IMG/VR virus record: IMGVR_UViG_3300032225_000686
From: a virus
Lineage: Duplodnaviria > Caudoviricetes
DNA: 64,000 nucleotides
Strand: one strand, 5' to 3'
Shown here: positions 1 to 9,700 of the stretch, in pieces
Numbering within the stretch: position 1 is the stretch's first letter
Layout: each line of letters begins with the position of its first letter
Made by a program: the position numbers and the translations under genes
Notes under the pieces: generated by a model
What the model saw: only the letters and a program-made list of their open reading frames with translations
Told to the model about the DNA's origin: nothing
Database searches by the model: none

Positions 1-91
1 GACCCATGCCCGTTTTGCGGCCGAACGCCTAGTTAGAGAGGGTCTTGAAGCCTCCTGCCCCAATTCCGCCTTTGTCAAGGTTCGTAGCAGG

Positions 92-919
92 GTGGACAAT
101 GTAGCCGCAGACATCATCCTAGAGAATCGCGGTTCTTTTGTGATGGGAGAGGACAACATAATCACATCGGTTCTCGGTAGATTCAAGGGTTCGGCGGTAA
201 AGCCCCCATCATCCTCCGCTGCTCCAAAGCCAATCTCCCCTCCAACCCTAACTCGCAAGACACAGGTTGTTCCTCAAAAGACAGCCAAGGTTCAGAGTGG
301 TATGGATCGAAACCCACTAATCCGATATGGAGTCCCCTACACTCTAGCGGTAAACTTCCCATACCTAAAGCAAAAGGTTGCCAAGATGCCTGCCGGTAGC
401 AAGATCATGTACGGCAAGGAAGATGGAGACTTGGATGCTATTCCCGCCAATGAGGTGGATAGTTACAAGAGGGACGGGTGGGTTGTTATTGAGTCTATCG
501 TTGATTTGGCTCCATATTTGGAGGAAGCCCTATCACAATCAACAGACCTAAACGAAAGTACTGGCTCTGCCGATCCTGCAAGATGGACAGGCAGCAAGCC
601 GGGTTCGGGTAAGTATCGCATTCTTCCTGACGAACTCAAGCGTAAGCGTAGAATGCAGAATGCCACAAACACCCATGTGATGGTACTAGACCCTGTTACG
701 GGTTCCACTATCTTATCCCCCTTCATCGTGGTAGACGAACTACCAAAGAAGATCAAGGAAGAGGATAGTGAGAGCGAGAAGAACAAGAAGCCCGAAGCAT
801 CATCGTCTGCTATTCAAAACGCAGCGGTTGCTATGCTCAAGAAGGTTGTAGAAAAAGACCCCAAGAAGTTTCCTAAACTCGCCGGTATGTTGGGGATCAA
901 AGCCGCAGGAAAGAAGTGA
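92..919 (+). CDS. hypothetical protein (start uncertain), Lys/Glu-rich, possible head-associated protein
   Basis: 275-aa ORF ending 3 nt before the next gene; no recognisable domain. Confidence 0.55.
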   Translation: MDNVAADIILENRGSFVMGEDNIITSVLGRFKGSAVKPPSSSAAPKPISPPTLTRKTQVVPQKTAKVQSGMDRNPLIRYGVPYTLAVNFPYLKQKVAKMPAGSKIMYGKEDGDLDAIPANEVDSYKRDGWVVIESIVDLAPYLEEALSQSTDLNESTGSADPARWTGSKPGSGKYRILPDELKRKRRMQNATNTHVMVLDPVTGSTILSPFIVVDELPKKIKEEDSESEKNKKPEASSSAIQNAAVAMLKKVVEKDPKKFPKLAGMLGIKAAGKK

Positions 920-922
920 TTC

Positions 923-1666
923 ATGAAGTCTATTGCTGAACACCTGTTGGCAGAAGATGTGTGCCTACAGAAGTTTGGCAAGGTGTTGTTTGGTGATGTG
1001 TTTGGCGGCGAGAAAGATACGCCATATGAGAAGGCTTTGAGTAACAAATTGCGTCTATTCTTTGGGCTACAAGGTCAGTTCTCGGAGAGGGATAAATTAG
1101 TTGACGCTTTCCGTGAACTCAAAAAATGCACAGGGCATTTCCCCAAAGAACTCTCTCCAAATACTGGCATCATCTATCGCGGTGTACGCAGAACCGCTAC
1201 CGATCTAATCAAGGTAAAGGATTGGAAGTATGTGGATCAGACTAAAGAGATGATTGTTGGTACTGTAAAGTACGAATCTCGTTATCCGATTCAGTCTTGG
1301 ACAACTAACAGCATGATTGCTTGGGGATTTGCGAGCAGCGGTGCTGTAGCCAAGAAGTTTCAGCAGGGCGAAAAGATTGAGGGTGGGTACTACCCGTGTG
1401 TCTTCATGGGCGTGGTAAACAAGAATGACCTGCTATTCTCAAGTGATTTTATTGAGCGATTCAAAGCCAAGGCAGGCTTGGGTATTCGCAACGAGTTTGA
1501 GATTGTTCGTATCTCCAATGAACCGTTCACCTGCAAGATCATGGTCAGAATGAAAGACCTGAACCGTCCCTTGGGGAAATATAAGCCGATAGATCACAGG
1601 CTCAACAAGTACCTGACAAATCTCGGTATAGATCCGAACGCGAAGAATACTTTCGTTCGCCCTTAA
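923..1666 (+). CDS. ADP-ribosyltransferase-fold protein (R-S-ExE), paralog 1
   Basis: IYRG, YPIQSWT and NEFEIVRISNEP motifs; paralogous to 29168 and 30142. Confidence 0.7.
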   Translation: MKSIAEHLLAEDVCLQKFGKVLFGDVFGGEKDTPYEKALSNKLRLFFGLQGQFSERDKLVDAFRELKKCTGHFPKELSPNTGIIYRGVRRTATDLIKVKDWKYVDQTKEMIVGTVKYESRYPIQSWTTNSMIAWGFASSGAVAKKFQQGEKIEGGYYPCVFMGVVNKNDLLFSSDFIERFKAKAGLGIRNEFEIVRISNEPFTCKIMVRMKDLNRPLGKYKPIDHRLNKYLTNLGIDPNAKNTFVRP

Positions 1667-2355
1667 ATTAGGGCTAGGATAGCCTTGCAGCAGTCAACTT
1701 GACAGGCGGTTCTCAAGGCTACAGTTCTAGTACCATCTGCGGGGGTCTCTAACTGTATAGCCATCTTACCGCCCATCTTTACAAAGTAGTTGGCAAACAT
1801 GTCTTCTTTAGGAGGACTCTTTATTCCGCCCTCCCAAAGAGGAAAGTAATCACTCATAGTTTCCTTTGTCGCTGCTTTGATGTTAGCCGAAGCATTCCAA
1901 GAGTAGAAGTATGAGAATGGTCTGTGGGGGTCTTCCTGCAAAGAGAGAAGACACTCTTTGCCCAAGGATAGGAGATCATTCATATTGTTCTTTAGAATAT
2001 TACCTTCGGCTGTTGTAGGAGTTGGCCATCCTCTGTCTACATTCTGCCCATAATCGTTTCGGTGTTGCCTAGACACAAAACAAGACGGAGACACGAACGG
2101 AATGAAAGAACACTCCGTGGCTTCTTTGCACAAAATTTTACATGCTTCCCACCCAGCAGGCTCATCTCCCTGCCAACCTGCTGTGACTAGGACTCCATTT
2201 GGTTTCTTGGCTTCAAAGAGGTAGATGCTCTTTGAGTCTAAGGTTCCCAAAATTCTAACTTCATGGGTGTCTTTTGTTAAAATTGAAAACTGCGAAATCT
2301 CCCTATCGTATTGGAGGTCGTTTTCAAGTTGCTCTTTGAAGGTCTTTAGCCCCAT
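1663..2355 (-). CDS. M14 (zinc carboxypeptidase/ASTE-like) fold protein with both His ligands replaced by Gln
   Basis: VTAGWQGDEPAG, RNDYGQNVDR, LSLQED and LETP match the M14 layout (HxxE, NR, H, E). Confidence 0.65.
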   Translation of the reverse strand: MGLKTFKEQLENDLQYDREISQFSILTKDTHEVRILGTLDSKSIYLFEAKKPNGVLVTAGWQGDEPAGWEACKILCKEATECSFIPFVSPSCFVSRQHRNDYGQNVDRGWPTPTTAEGNILKNNMNDLLSLGKECLLSLQEDPHRPFSYFYSWNASANIKAATKETMSDYFPLWEGGIKSPPKEDMFANYFVKMGGKMAIQLETPADGTRTVALRTACQVDCCKAILALI

Positions 2356-2391
2356 ACATTCATATGTAGGGTTATGGACGGTCTCAAAATA

Positions 2392-2398
2392 CTAAATA
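2392..2398 (+). promoter_or_regulatory. T4-type late promoter (CTAAATA)
   Basis: TAAATA core upstream of 2432. Confidence 0.55.
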
Positions 2399-2431
2399 AC
2401 CACAGTCCAACGCATCTATAGGGGCGCAACA

Positions 2432-4123
2432 ATGGCAAAAACATTCTACTGGGTAGGCGGGGCAACAGGAAATAACGCTTTGGATAAGTACAATTGGAAC
2501 AATCCTAACAATTGGGTTGTTCAAAATGTAGTATCCGGTGGTATATCTAACACCACACAAGGCATTTCCTCAACCACAACGACGATTTCGACAACCAAGA
2601 ATAACTCCGCAAATAGATTCAATGTCTCTACGGGGTCAATCGGTTCATCAACAGACCAATCAAAAACCTACTGCCCGGGTATAGGAGACTTCGTAATCAT
2701 TGGAGAATTGCCCGCGCTAGGAAACAATACACCAGTACAAGTCAAGGCTCCACTACTTTTTGGTGGTTGCGGTATTACATCAGGACAGAACTGGGCATCC
2801 TCCACCCCATATGCTTCTTGGGTGAATGCGGCAGGAAATACAGGAACAGGAGCCAACATCGGTATTTCCACTATTACGATCAAGAACAATAAAGTAGCAA
2901 ATACAGATAGTGTGGTTTACCCATACGAATGGATAGGTGGAGGAATTACCGGATCATCATCCGAAATTCTTGATTGGGTAAAGGAGCAAAATCCGGAAGT
3001 AGATGTAGAATCATTAATTACTTCAACGACATCAGATCTTCGCCTCATAGTCAAGGACTCCGTAAACACGGATATCGGAAATCCATATGAGATGGTAAAT
3101 TATAGTCCAATAAAGGTTTCTCTACTATTCAAGGCTGGAGTCAAGCAAGCATTTACTCTTGCCGGATCTCCCGCAAACATAGTGAAGACAAAGTTCTTCG
3201 ACACCAGTAGCCACATTGCATTGGGTGTTTTCGGTGGAATCTTTGATTCGGTTGAAATAAAGACAAATCCAACTAACTCCGCTCATGGTCCATCAACACG
3301 ATACATTCAATTTGGTTCTTATTCGGTTCTGAATGATGTATTTGTCGATAGGTATGCAGGCAACTTGTATGTTGATTCAAGCACATATGTAAATAACATC
3401 AATATTACAAACACTTCTTGGTACGGGTTTGATCGTGGAGTTGATCAAAACATAACACTAGAGTGCTATTTGGATGGTCCCACGGTCAGAACTGCTTTGG
3501 GATATACCGTAGGAACTGTTACTGCAACAGAGTCTACGCTAAAGGTTACTCCATGCAGCATCATTCACCCACAACTTACAAGAGATGGCTATCAGCCAGA
3601 TCTTCCATATTCTACCTCATTCCCACCAACAATAAATCTAGGATTGCCTATTGGGGAAACTCTGATTGGCGATGAACAAGAAATGAAGTCCGTTATCGTA
3701 CAGGGTCAGCAGTACGATTTGATTTCTTACTTGGATGGGAGATGGCATCTTTGCTTCAACGGTTCAGTCAACATGAACTATTTGAACGCAAATAATTGTC
3801 TAGTGAAATGCTCAAAAAACATTCCACAAACAGCAAAGGTCAAAATCGGTAATGCCGAGTTCAAAGAAAATAGTGAGATAACATTCACCAAAGCATGTCC
3901 AATTGTGAATGCTGGCGATAAAGATGTTTGGTACTTCGGACAACTGACCAATACGCTAAAGGGCGGTCTGAAGTTCTTGGATACTACTGGTATTGTTTAT
4001 GGGGGTAAAGGTATTGTTATTGCAAACACATTTGAAGATAGTGAAACAGGTATAGACAGTAGATCGGGAAGTATTAATTATCAAGACACCGATATTGAAG
4101 CAACAGTAACAACACAGGCTTAA
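2432..4123 (+). CDS. putative virion structural/adhesin-like protein, paralog A
   Basis: FYWVGG...WNNPNNW N-terminus, G/T/S/N-rich beta-type composition, late promoter. Confidence 0.6.
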   Translation: MAKTFYWVGGATGNNALDKYNWNNPNNWVVQNVVSGGISNTTQGISSTTTTISTTKNNSANRFNVSTGSIGSSTDQSKTYCPGIGDFVIIGELPALGNNTPVQVKAPLLFGGCGITSGQNWASSTPYASWVNAAGNTGTGANIGISTITIKNNKVANTDSVVYPYEWIGGGITGSSSEILDWVKEQNPEVDVESLITSTTSDLRLIVKDSVNTDIGNPYEMVNYSPIKVSLLFKAGVKQAFTLAGSPANIVKTKFFDTSSHIALGVFGGIFDSVEIKTNPTNSAHGPSTRYIQFGSYSVLNDVFVDRYAGNLYVDSSTYVNNINITNTSWYGFDRGVDQNITLECYLDGPTVRTALGYTVGTVTATESTLKVTPCSIIHPQLTRDGYQPDLPYSTSFPPTINLGLPIGETLIGDEQEMKSVIVQGQQYDLISYLDGRWHLCFNGSVNMNYLNANNCLVKCSKNIPQTAKVKIGNAEFKENSEITFTKACPIVNAGDKDVWYFGQLTNTLKGGLKFLDTTGIVYGGKGIVIANTFEDSETGIDSRSGSINYQDTDIEATVTTQA

Positions 4124-4138
4124 GAGAGGTAGAATCAA

Positions 4139-6946
4139 ATGCCAACATTTTATTGGGTAGGTAACGGTTGCCCGAAAGACGGGACTTCAAGCACATCACA
4201 CCTTTGGGGAACTAGTGAATTCTCTTGGAACAATCCAAACAACTGGATTGTTGCTCACAGCCTTCATGAAGTAACAATGGCTGGCATCGCGGGAATGACA
4301 GGACCATCACAGCCAAACGATACCTTCAAAATGAAGGTCGAAGTCTATGCTATTCCAAATAGAGTTCCGGGTCCGGGAGATAGTGTGTATGTCGGTCACT
4401 ATCCTTGGCTAGATTATCTTTCAACATCTAGTCCTTTAGGTCGTGGAGATACTAATGGAGTTCAGCAAACAAATAGCAGATTGTTTACTGAAAGGGATTG
4501 GATGTCCAATGCAAGTGGTATTGCAAGAAATGCGAAGGCAGCATTACCCGTTCTGTGGAAACCATATGATAGTACAACAGGAAAGTTTAGAACAGTAGCA
4601 GTTCCTAGTGGTGTTGCAGGAACATCTGGTGTTTCCATCAATAAAAAGTTCTACGCTACAACTAGCATTACACTAAACACCTCAAACTATTCCGGTTATT
4701 CTGAATGGTTTGACGGAACAGTATCTACAAATGCAACAGTTTTGAGTGAAGCAACATCAATTGCAAGTAGTGTTAGAGATCTGGCTTTCCACAGAAACGG
4801 TGTAAGAAACGGACAAACCAAGTGGAATACCTACAATAATGTTGCAAATCTTTCCATTCTCCCTGAGAAAGCATATGCTCCTCTCCTTTGGGGTGGTTGT
4901 GTTGCAGGAACTACGGGAGTAACTAGTGCAGCAGGAATTTCAGGCGGAAGCGGATGGACTTGGTGGCCTAATGCAAGCAGCACATTGAATACATCAAATC
5001 CAAATCTATTGGCCGCAACTGGTCAAGCATTGGATGAATTGAATATCGTATTCTATTCTGACAACTTGATGGATTCGAATGGTGCTGTTGGTGTAGCAGG
5101 TAGAGTCTATAGCACAGCAACATTTTGGGATCCATATCCATTCAAGTCAGTAGGTGATGGCTTGTTCGGTGAGGAATACAACACAGTAAAGGATAACTTC
5201 TCAAAGCCTTATTGTCAGGGAGTCACCGGAGGTCAGGGATATAATGGTCAGCCTTGCTATCCTTGTGCTGGTGGAATAACAGGAAGAGCATCAAACTACA
5301 ACGCTATCTTCACAAACAAGAGTTTGACAGCAGAAGGTGTAAGAGCAACTTGTTTGTTTGTCAAAGCAAACAAGGTAAATGTAAAGACACCCCACGAATG
5401 GAACAAGTATGCTGCGAATAACCCGTTAGGAGAGATGATCCATCATGCAGATTATCCCCCAATCTATCGTTATTCGGATAACCTTCAGAACACATCAATA
5501 CCCGAAAACACTTCTTGGATCAATAAGCAACTTGGTTTGATTACCTGTGCGGGTTCAAGTGGCTGCCAAGATACATGGGGTACTTGGGGAGGAGCAGGAA
5601 AGAACGATTCTTCTAAGTATGTCGAACTTCGTTTGGCAGACAATTGGGGAAGTAAGACAGGATCTAGTGAGAGTTACATGGGAACGCTTGTCCATGCTCA
5701 GATGAGATTCGGTCAATTCAATATGCCATATGGTAAGGTTCAAGAACTACATTTGGGCATTCCTCACGGTTCATATGGAAATGAGTATACCGATGGTAAT
5801 ATGACTATTCTCGGACTAGAGGGTGGTGTGGTGACAGCAGAAACAGTAAAGTCAGCACTAGACAACTACAAAACATATTCAAACAATGATGCTATGCAGT
5901 TGTTCAACAATACGAATTTCATAAACAGAGACAACACTAACGCCAAGTTTGGAAAGGCAAATCCATTTTGGCCGTCTTCGGGTGTGTATTTCGTAGGAAA
6001 TGACAACACAACTGATGGGACAACAAGAGTCAATATCTTGAACTCGTATTCAGTATCTTCTACAATTTTGCCAACCGCGTCTATAGGAGTTGCAAGAATC
6101 TTCTTGGGATTGGGGGATAATCTTGAATTTACAGGGAAGTCATTAACAGCCCCATCAAATGCATATGATTACACGGCAAATTACGGTAGCGTGTATGTAA
6201 ATCACGGATATCCAATAGCAGTACCAAACCGAAATAGTTCTTTCTTCGGAATCTTCCAATACGGATCAATGGTAACAGGAGATGCTTATAGAGCATCTTT
6301 GATTGAAGCCAAGTCTGTAGGTAAGGTAAATAATTCGGGGGGTACTGCTGATTCAAGTGTAAATTCAACAAGACCAAAGAGTGCATTTGTTACAAGCATT
6401 CTCAACTCTCAAGTAGGAGATATGGTAATCGACAATACCGACTACATCTTCCTATCGCCAGAAGATTTCCCAATCTCAAGCAAACAAAAGTATGGCAATA
6501 AGACTGTAGATCGTCTGTTCGTCAAAGACAACAGTAATGTTGATATCAGCAAAGATACTCATGGGTACATACACTTTGGTAGAGTTTTGAATGCTACCGC
6601 AGGATATACTGGATCAATCTACGGTGGAGTAATTTTCCAAGGAGACAACAACGAGGTTTTCTACCCCGCAGCAGGAACAAGACTATGGATTAGTGCTCTT
6701 GGTGGCAACATTACAGACAACAGACAGCAATCAATGCCTGTTGCCTTCGTTGCTTCAAATAACACACCCGGCACAGGAGAAATGCCCAATGCATTGATTG
6801 GCAGTATAGTATCATCAACTAGTAAGCAGAATCCATATTCTTATACTAGAAATGAGATTGCTATTGCCAAGAATCCTGAAGTTTCAGAACTCTACGATCA
6901 ACTAGGATTGGCAGAAGAAGATCCGAGTGCAATAGCACAATACTAA
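4139..6946 (+). CDS. putative virion structural/adhesin-like protein, paralog B
   Basis: shares FYWVG, WNNPNNW, PGxGD and APLLxGGC with 2432. Confidence 0.6.
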   Translation: MPTFYWVGNGCPKDGTSSTSHLWGTSEFSWNNPNNWIVAHSLHEVTMAGIAGMTGPSQPNDTFKMKVEVYAIPNRVPGPGDSVYVGHYPWLDYLSTSSPLGRGDTNGVQQTNSRLFTERDWMSNASGIARNAKAALPVLWKPYDSTTGKFRTVAVPSGVAGTSGVSINKKFYATTSITLNTSNYSGYSEWFDGTVSTNATVLSEATSIASSVRDLAFHRNGVRNGQTKWNTYNNVANLSILPEKAYAPLLWGGCVAGTTGVTSAAGISGGSGWTWWPNASSTLNTSNPNLLAATGQALDELNIVFYSDNLMDSNGAVGVAGRVYSTATFWDPYPFKSVGDGLFGEEYNTVKDNFSKPYCQGVTGGQGYNGQPCYPCAGGITGRASNYNAIFTNKSLTAEGVRATCLFVKANKVNVKTPHEWNKYAANNPLGEMIHHADYPPIYRYSDNLQNTSIPENTSWINKQLGLITCAGSSGCQDTWGTWGGAGKNDSSKYVELRLADNWGSKTGSSESYMGTLVHAQMRFGQFNMPYGKVQELHLGIPHGSYGNEYTDGNMTILGLEGGVVTAETVKSALDNYKTYSNNDAMQLFNNTNFINRDNTNAKFGKANPFWPSSGVYFVGNDNTTDGTTRVNILNSYSVSSTILPTASIGVARIFLGLGDNLEFTGKSLTAPSNAYDYTANYGSVYVNHGYPIAVPNRNSSFFGIFQYGSMVTGDAYRASLIEAKSVGKVNNSGGTADSSVNSTRPKSAFVTSILNSQVGDMVIDNTDYIFLSPEDFPISSKQKYGNKTVDRLFVKDNSNVDISKDTHGYIHFGRVLNATAGYTGSIYGGVIFQGDNNEVFYPAAGTRLWISALGGNITDNRQQSMPVAFVASNNTPGTGEMPNALIGSIVSSTSKQNPYSYTRNEIAIAKNPEVSELYDQLGLAEEDPSAIAQY

Positions 6947-6970
6947 TATCGCCCTACTACATTTACTTAC

Positions 6971-7006
6971 AAAGACACCCCGCAGAAATGCGGGGTGTTT
7001 TCTTTT
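6971..7006. terminator. bidirectional intrinsic terminator
   Basis: ACACCCCGCA-GAAA-TGCGGGGTGT followed by a T tract, between convergent genes. Confidence 0.85.
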
Positions 7007-7412
7007 ATGGATGTGGGTACTTCGCCTGCTCTGTGTCAATAGCAGAGAACAGATTGTCCACAGCCCAAGCAAACGGAACCTTGTAGGCATGAACCTCTGC
7101 TCTAGCAAAGTAGGAGAGGATGTCTTGTGCGCCAACAGGATTGGAACTATGGACAACCATCTTGGTGTCCCATCCAATCTTGCCGTCCTCAATCATCTGC
7201 CGAAGGACGCGAACGAACGGTATGCTCGTCAGAGATCCCGTGGCGCGATCCCATCCTAAGTCGTGGTCGATGCAGATGAAATCGTAGGTGTTGTTGCTCG
7301 CCATCTCCACGGCATCCTGCCATGTATAGACAGAATCAATGGTGTGCGATGCGTTATTCACCTTGAACGCCTCATGTCGGTATGCATCATCGTCTAGGAC
7401 TAGAATCTTCAT
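7005..7412 (-). CDS. cyclic-phosphate-processing receiver-domain protein
   Basis: LVLDDD, DHDLG and HSSNPVG motifs. Confidence 0.75.
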   Translation of the reverse strand: MKILVLDDDAYRHEAFKVNNASHTIDSVYTWQDAVEMASNNTYDFICIDHDLGWDRATGSLTSIPFVRVLRQMIEDGKIGWDTKMVVHSSNPVGAQDILSYFARAEVHAYKVPFAWAVDNLFSAIDTEQAKYPHP

Positions 7413-7418
7413 ACCTAC

Positions 7419-7447
7419 AGTATAGTCCGAAAACTACTGCCTGTCAA
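7419..7447 (-). promoter_or_regulatory. sigma70-type promoter, leaderless
   Basis: TTGACA-17-TATACT-6nt-ATG. Confidence 0.8.
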
Positions 7448-7573
7448 GTCCCTTTTTTGCTAAATATTGATGTTCTTACGGAGGAGTGTCGTATGAGCAA
7501 ACTTCAAAAGGCGTTGGTTTGTGCTTGCTCTTTTCTTGTGGGCGTTATCATAGCCCGAGCGATTGGCTTATAA

Positions 7574-7936
7574 TTAAGCCCGACGAGAAAGCATCGTAAT
7601 AGTTCTCTTGGCGAGGGGTGTTGCCATGAGAGCCTTTGCTTCCGCCATAGCCTTCAACTTGTAGGTCAGGTTTGGCAGATGCTTTCCTGTGGCAGAAACT
7701 AGATTGTCAAACACCATGATCGGATCGACTGCAATTCGGTCTGCAAGACTCTTCATATCTTGTGCAATAGTTTTAGCCAAGGTGGACATACGAACAACAG
7801 CATAACCCTTGATGTGGAGTTCGGGGTCTTCGGGGTTGCTACTGAAATCCAAATAGCCGAGTGCTTCAGTTGGAACCTTGGGATAAACCTTGCCCTGCCC
7901 GAGTGCTTCCGAAATCAGTCTGTTGAGTCTGTCCAT
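7574..7936 (-). CDS. hypothetical late protein
   Basis: GGAGG SD; divergent late promoter. Confidence 0.65.
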   Translation of the reverse strand: MDRLNRLISEALGQGKVYPKVPTEALGYLDFSSNPEDPELHIKGYAVVRMSTLAKTIAQDMKSLADRIAVDPIMVFDNLVSATGKHLPNLTYKLKAMAEAKALMATPLAKRTITMLSRRA

Positions 7937-7952
7937 TTGTATGCCTCCTGTC

Positions 7953-7964
7953 TATTTATAAATA
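7953..7964. promoter_or_regulatory. overlapping divergent T4 late promoters
   Basis: palindrome TATTTATAAATA gives TATAAATA on both strands. Confidence 0.75.
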
Positions 7965-7969
7965 CTCTT

Positions 7970-9415
7970 ATGGAACCAATCTTTGATCTAGGTGAGTGGC
8001 TACTCTTTGAGCGAGAGTATGATAGGGCAAATCGGGATGCTGCTGTCAAGTCCTTTGAGAAATTTAAGAAGACTGTTGGGGTCATTTTTGACACCAAGAA
8101 GGTCTTGGATGAGGTCTACTTTGTGCATAAAGATATTAAGAATGTGATCCCCGATAACGATATTTACACGATATACCCAAAGTTATGGTTTGCGTTCAAG
8201 GCAGCATTTAGCAAATACACAAGCCAATATCTTATGAGGTTTGCGACATTGGGTGGGGGTAAGCCCGACGATGTGGTACTAACCTTCAAGGCAGAGAAGT
8301 TGGGTTCGGTCAAGTCAGCAGGGTTTGAAGTTTACCCTCACTTTATCAAGCCACACAAGGATTGGAAGTTTCATGTAAAACTGACGAGTGCGAGCATAGG
8401 TGCAAATGTAGGCGGGCAATACAGCATGATGAACATATGGTTGCCGCGAGTATCTGCGATCAATCAAACCGATATTTGCAAGATGCTTCACGACTGTTAC
8501 AAGACCTATTCTGGTGTTTCCAAAAGAGTGGACAATAAAGCATCCCGAATTTACAACGCATGGCTAGAAGAGTTCATGAAGCAGGTAGAATCTAAGCGTA
8601 GTACCTACATTCATGAGTACATACACCACCTTGACCAATTGCGATACAAAGTAGCAGTTGGCGAGAGACCAAAGAGTATTGAGCGAGGCATCAAAGCATT
8701 CCAAGACGCAGAAGCCCCTAACCTAACCAAAGATCAAGTAACCGCAAAATATAATGAGTACTTTACTGATGATGCTGAACTAAATGCCTACTATCAGGAG
8801 ACTATGGGTAGTCTTCAAGATGCAGTACAGAAGTGGTTGATCGCAGCGACTAATACAAGAGCGTTGATTATCTTGGTTGACGGACAGACCATGACTCTCA
8901 CCATGCCTCCAATCACGATAGACGAGTTCAACAAGAAGTCTGTCAAGGAAAGATGCCGACTAATCTCTAGAGTTGTGCTTGCTGATTTCAACAGAATACT
9001 TCGTAGTGTTACGAATGGCAAAGATAGCATGGATTACCGAATCACAGGTGATTTGAAAGTCATCTACGATGCAAACTTCGGAAGCGTATCTGAAATATAC
9101 ATGAAGTTGGTTAGCAAGACTCTGTTTGCATATGCCAATTCGGCGTGGATCATGGCAGTCTTTAACAATCCAAGACTCAAGCGTAAGTTTATGAATCGCC
9201 TGTACTCCACAAGTCAGGACATCAAAGCCATTGTCAAAGATTATGAAAACGACATGGCAAACGGAAAGTCTCCGAGCATTCAAGAGTTCAACACCGCAAT
9301 TGAGAAAATGAGAAGCAACACACCCGGCATTCATGGGTTCCTTTATACGGGGCTTTTCATGCGGAGCGGCAAGCACTTTGACCCAAGGAAGAACTACTCC
9401 ATAAAAGACGCTTGA
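7970..9415 (+). CDS. zincin-like metallopeptidase-motif protein
   Basis: YIHEYIHHLD followed by ELNAY; start moved to ATG 7970, just after the late promoter. Confidence 0.6.
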   Translation: MEPIFDLGEWLLFEREYDRANRDAAVKSFEKFKKTVGVIFDTKKVLDEVYFVHKDIKNVIPDNDIYTIYPKLWFAFKAAFSKYTSQYLMRFATLGGGKPDDVVLTFKAEKLGSVKSAGFEVYPHFIKPHKDWKFHVKLTSASIGANVGGQYSMMNIWLPRVSAINQTDICKMLHDCYKTYSGVSKRVDNKASRIYNAWLEEFMKQVESKRSTYIHEYIHHLDQLRYKVAVGERPKSIERGIKAFQDAEAPNLTKDQVTAKYNEYFTDDAELNAYYQETMGSLQDAVQKWLIAATNTRALIILVDGQTMTLTMPPITIDEFNKKSVKERCRLISRVVLADFNRILRSVTNGKDSMDYRITGDLKVIYDANFGSVSEIYMKLVSKTLFAYANSAWIMAVFNNPRLKRKFMNRLYSTSQDIKAIVKDYENDMANGKSPSIQEFNTAIEKMRSNTPGIHGFLYTGLFMRSGKHFDPRKNYSIKDA

Positions 9416-9439
9416 CTTATCCCTTGGGTGTGGTATACT
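9412..9439 (+). promoter_or_regulatory. sigma70-type promoter, leaderless
   Basis: TTGACT-16-TATACT-6nt-ATG(9446). Confidence 0.8.
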
Positions 9440-9445
9440 TACTGT

Positions 9446-9700
9446 ATGGTAAAGCAACACTCCAGACCCAGTTTGGTCAATCCGAATAGGATGGTGTTCA
9501 ACACCCATTTTGAGTTCAAGAATGGATGGAAAGTTTCTATTTTCCGTCCAGATGACTACCCCCACGACAACCATACCGTAGAGGTCGCTGTAATTAACGA
9601 TGATGGGATGTTCGTGTCGTTCTTGGATGGCGAGAATGTAAAGCAATGCGTAGATGCAGATCAACTGTCCAAGATCATGGCATGGGCGGCAGATCAATGA
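9446..9700 (+). CDS. hypothetical protein
   Basis: ORF starting at the predicted +1; FKNGWKVSI...EVAVI. Confidence 0.6.
   Translation: MVKQHSRPSLVNPNRMVFNTHFEFKNGWKVSIFRPDDYPHDNHTVEVAVINDDGMFVSFLDGENVKQCVDADQLSKIMAWAADQ

Noticed and set aside
7760-7969. N-terminal 70 codons of the 551-aa ORF
   Set aside because: They overlap the divergent gene; the late promoter supports a start at 7970.
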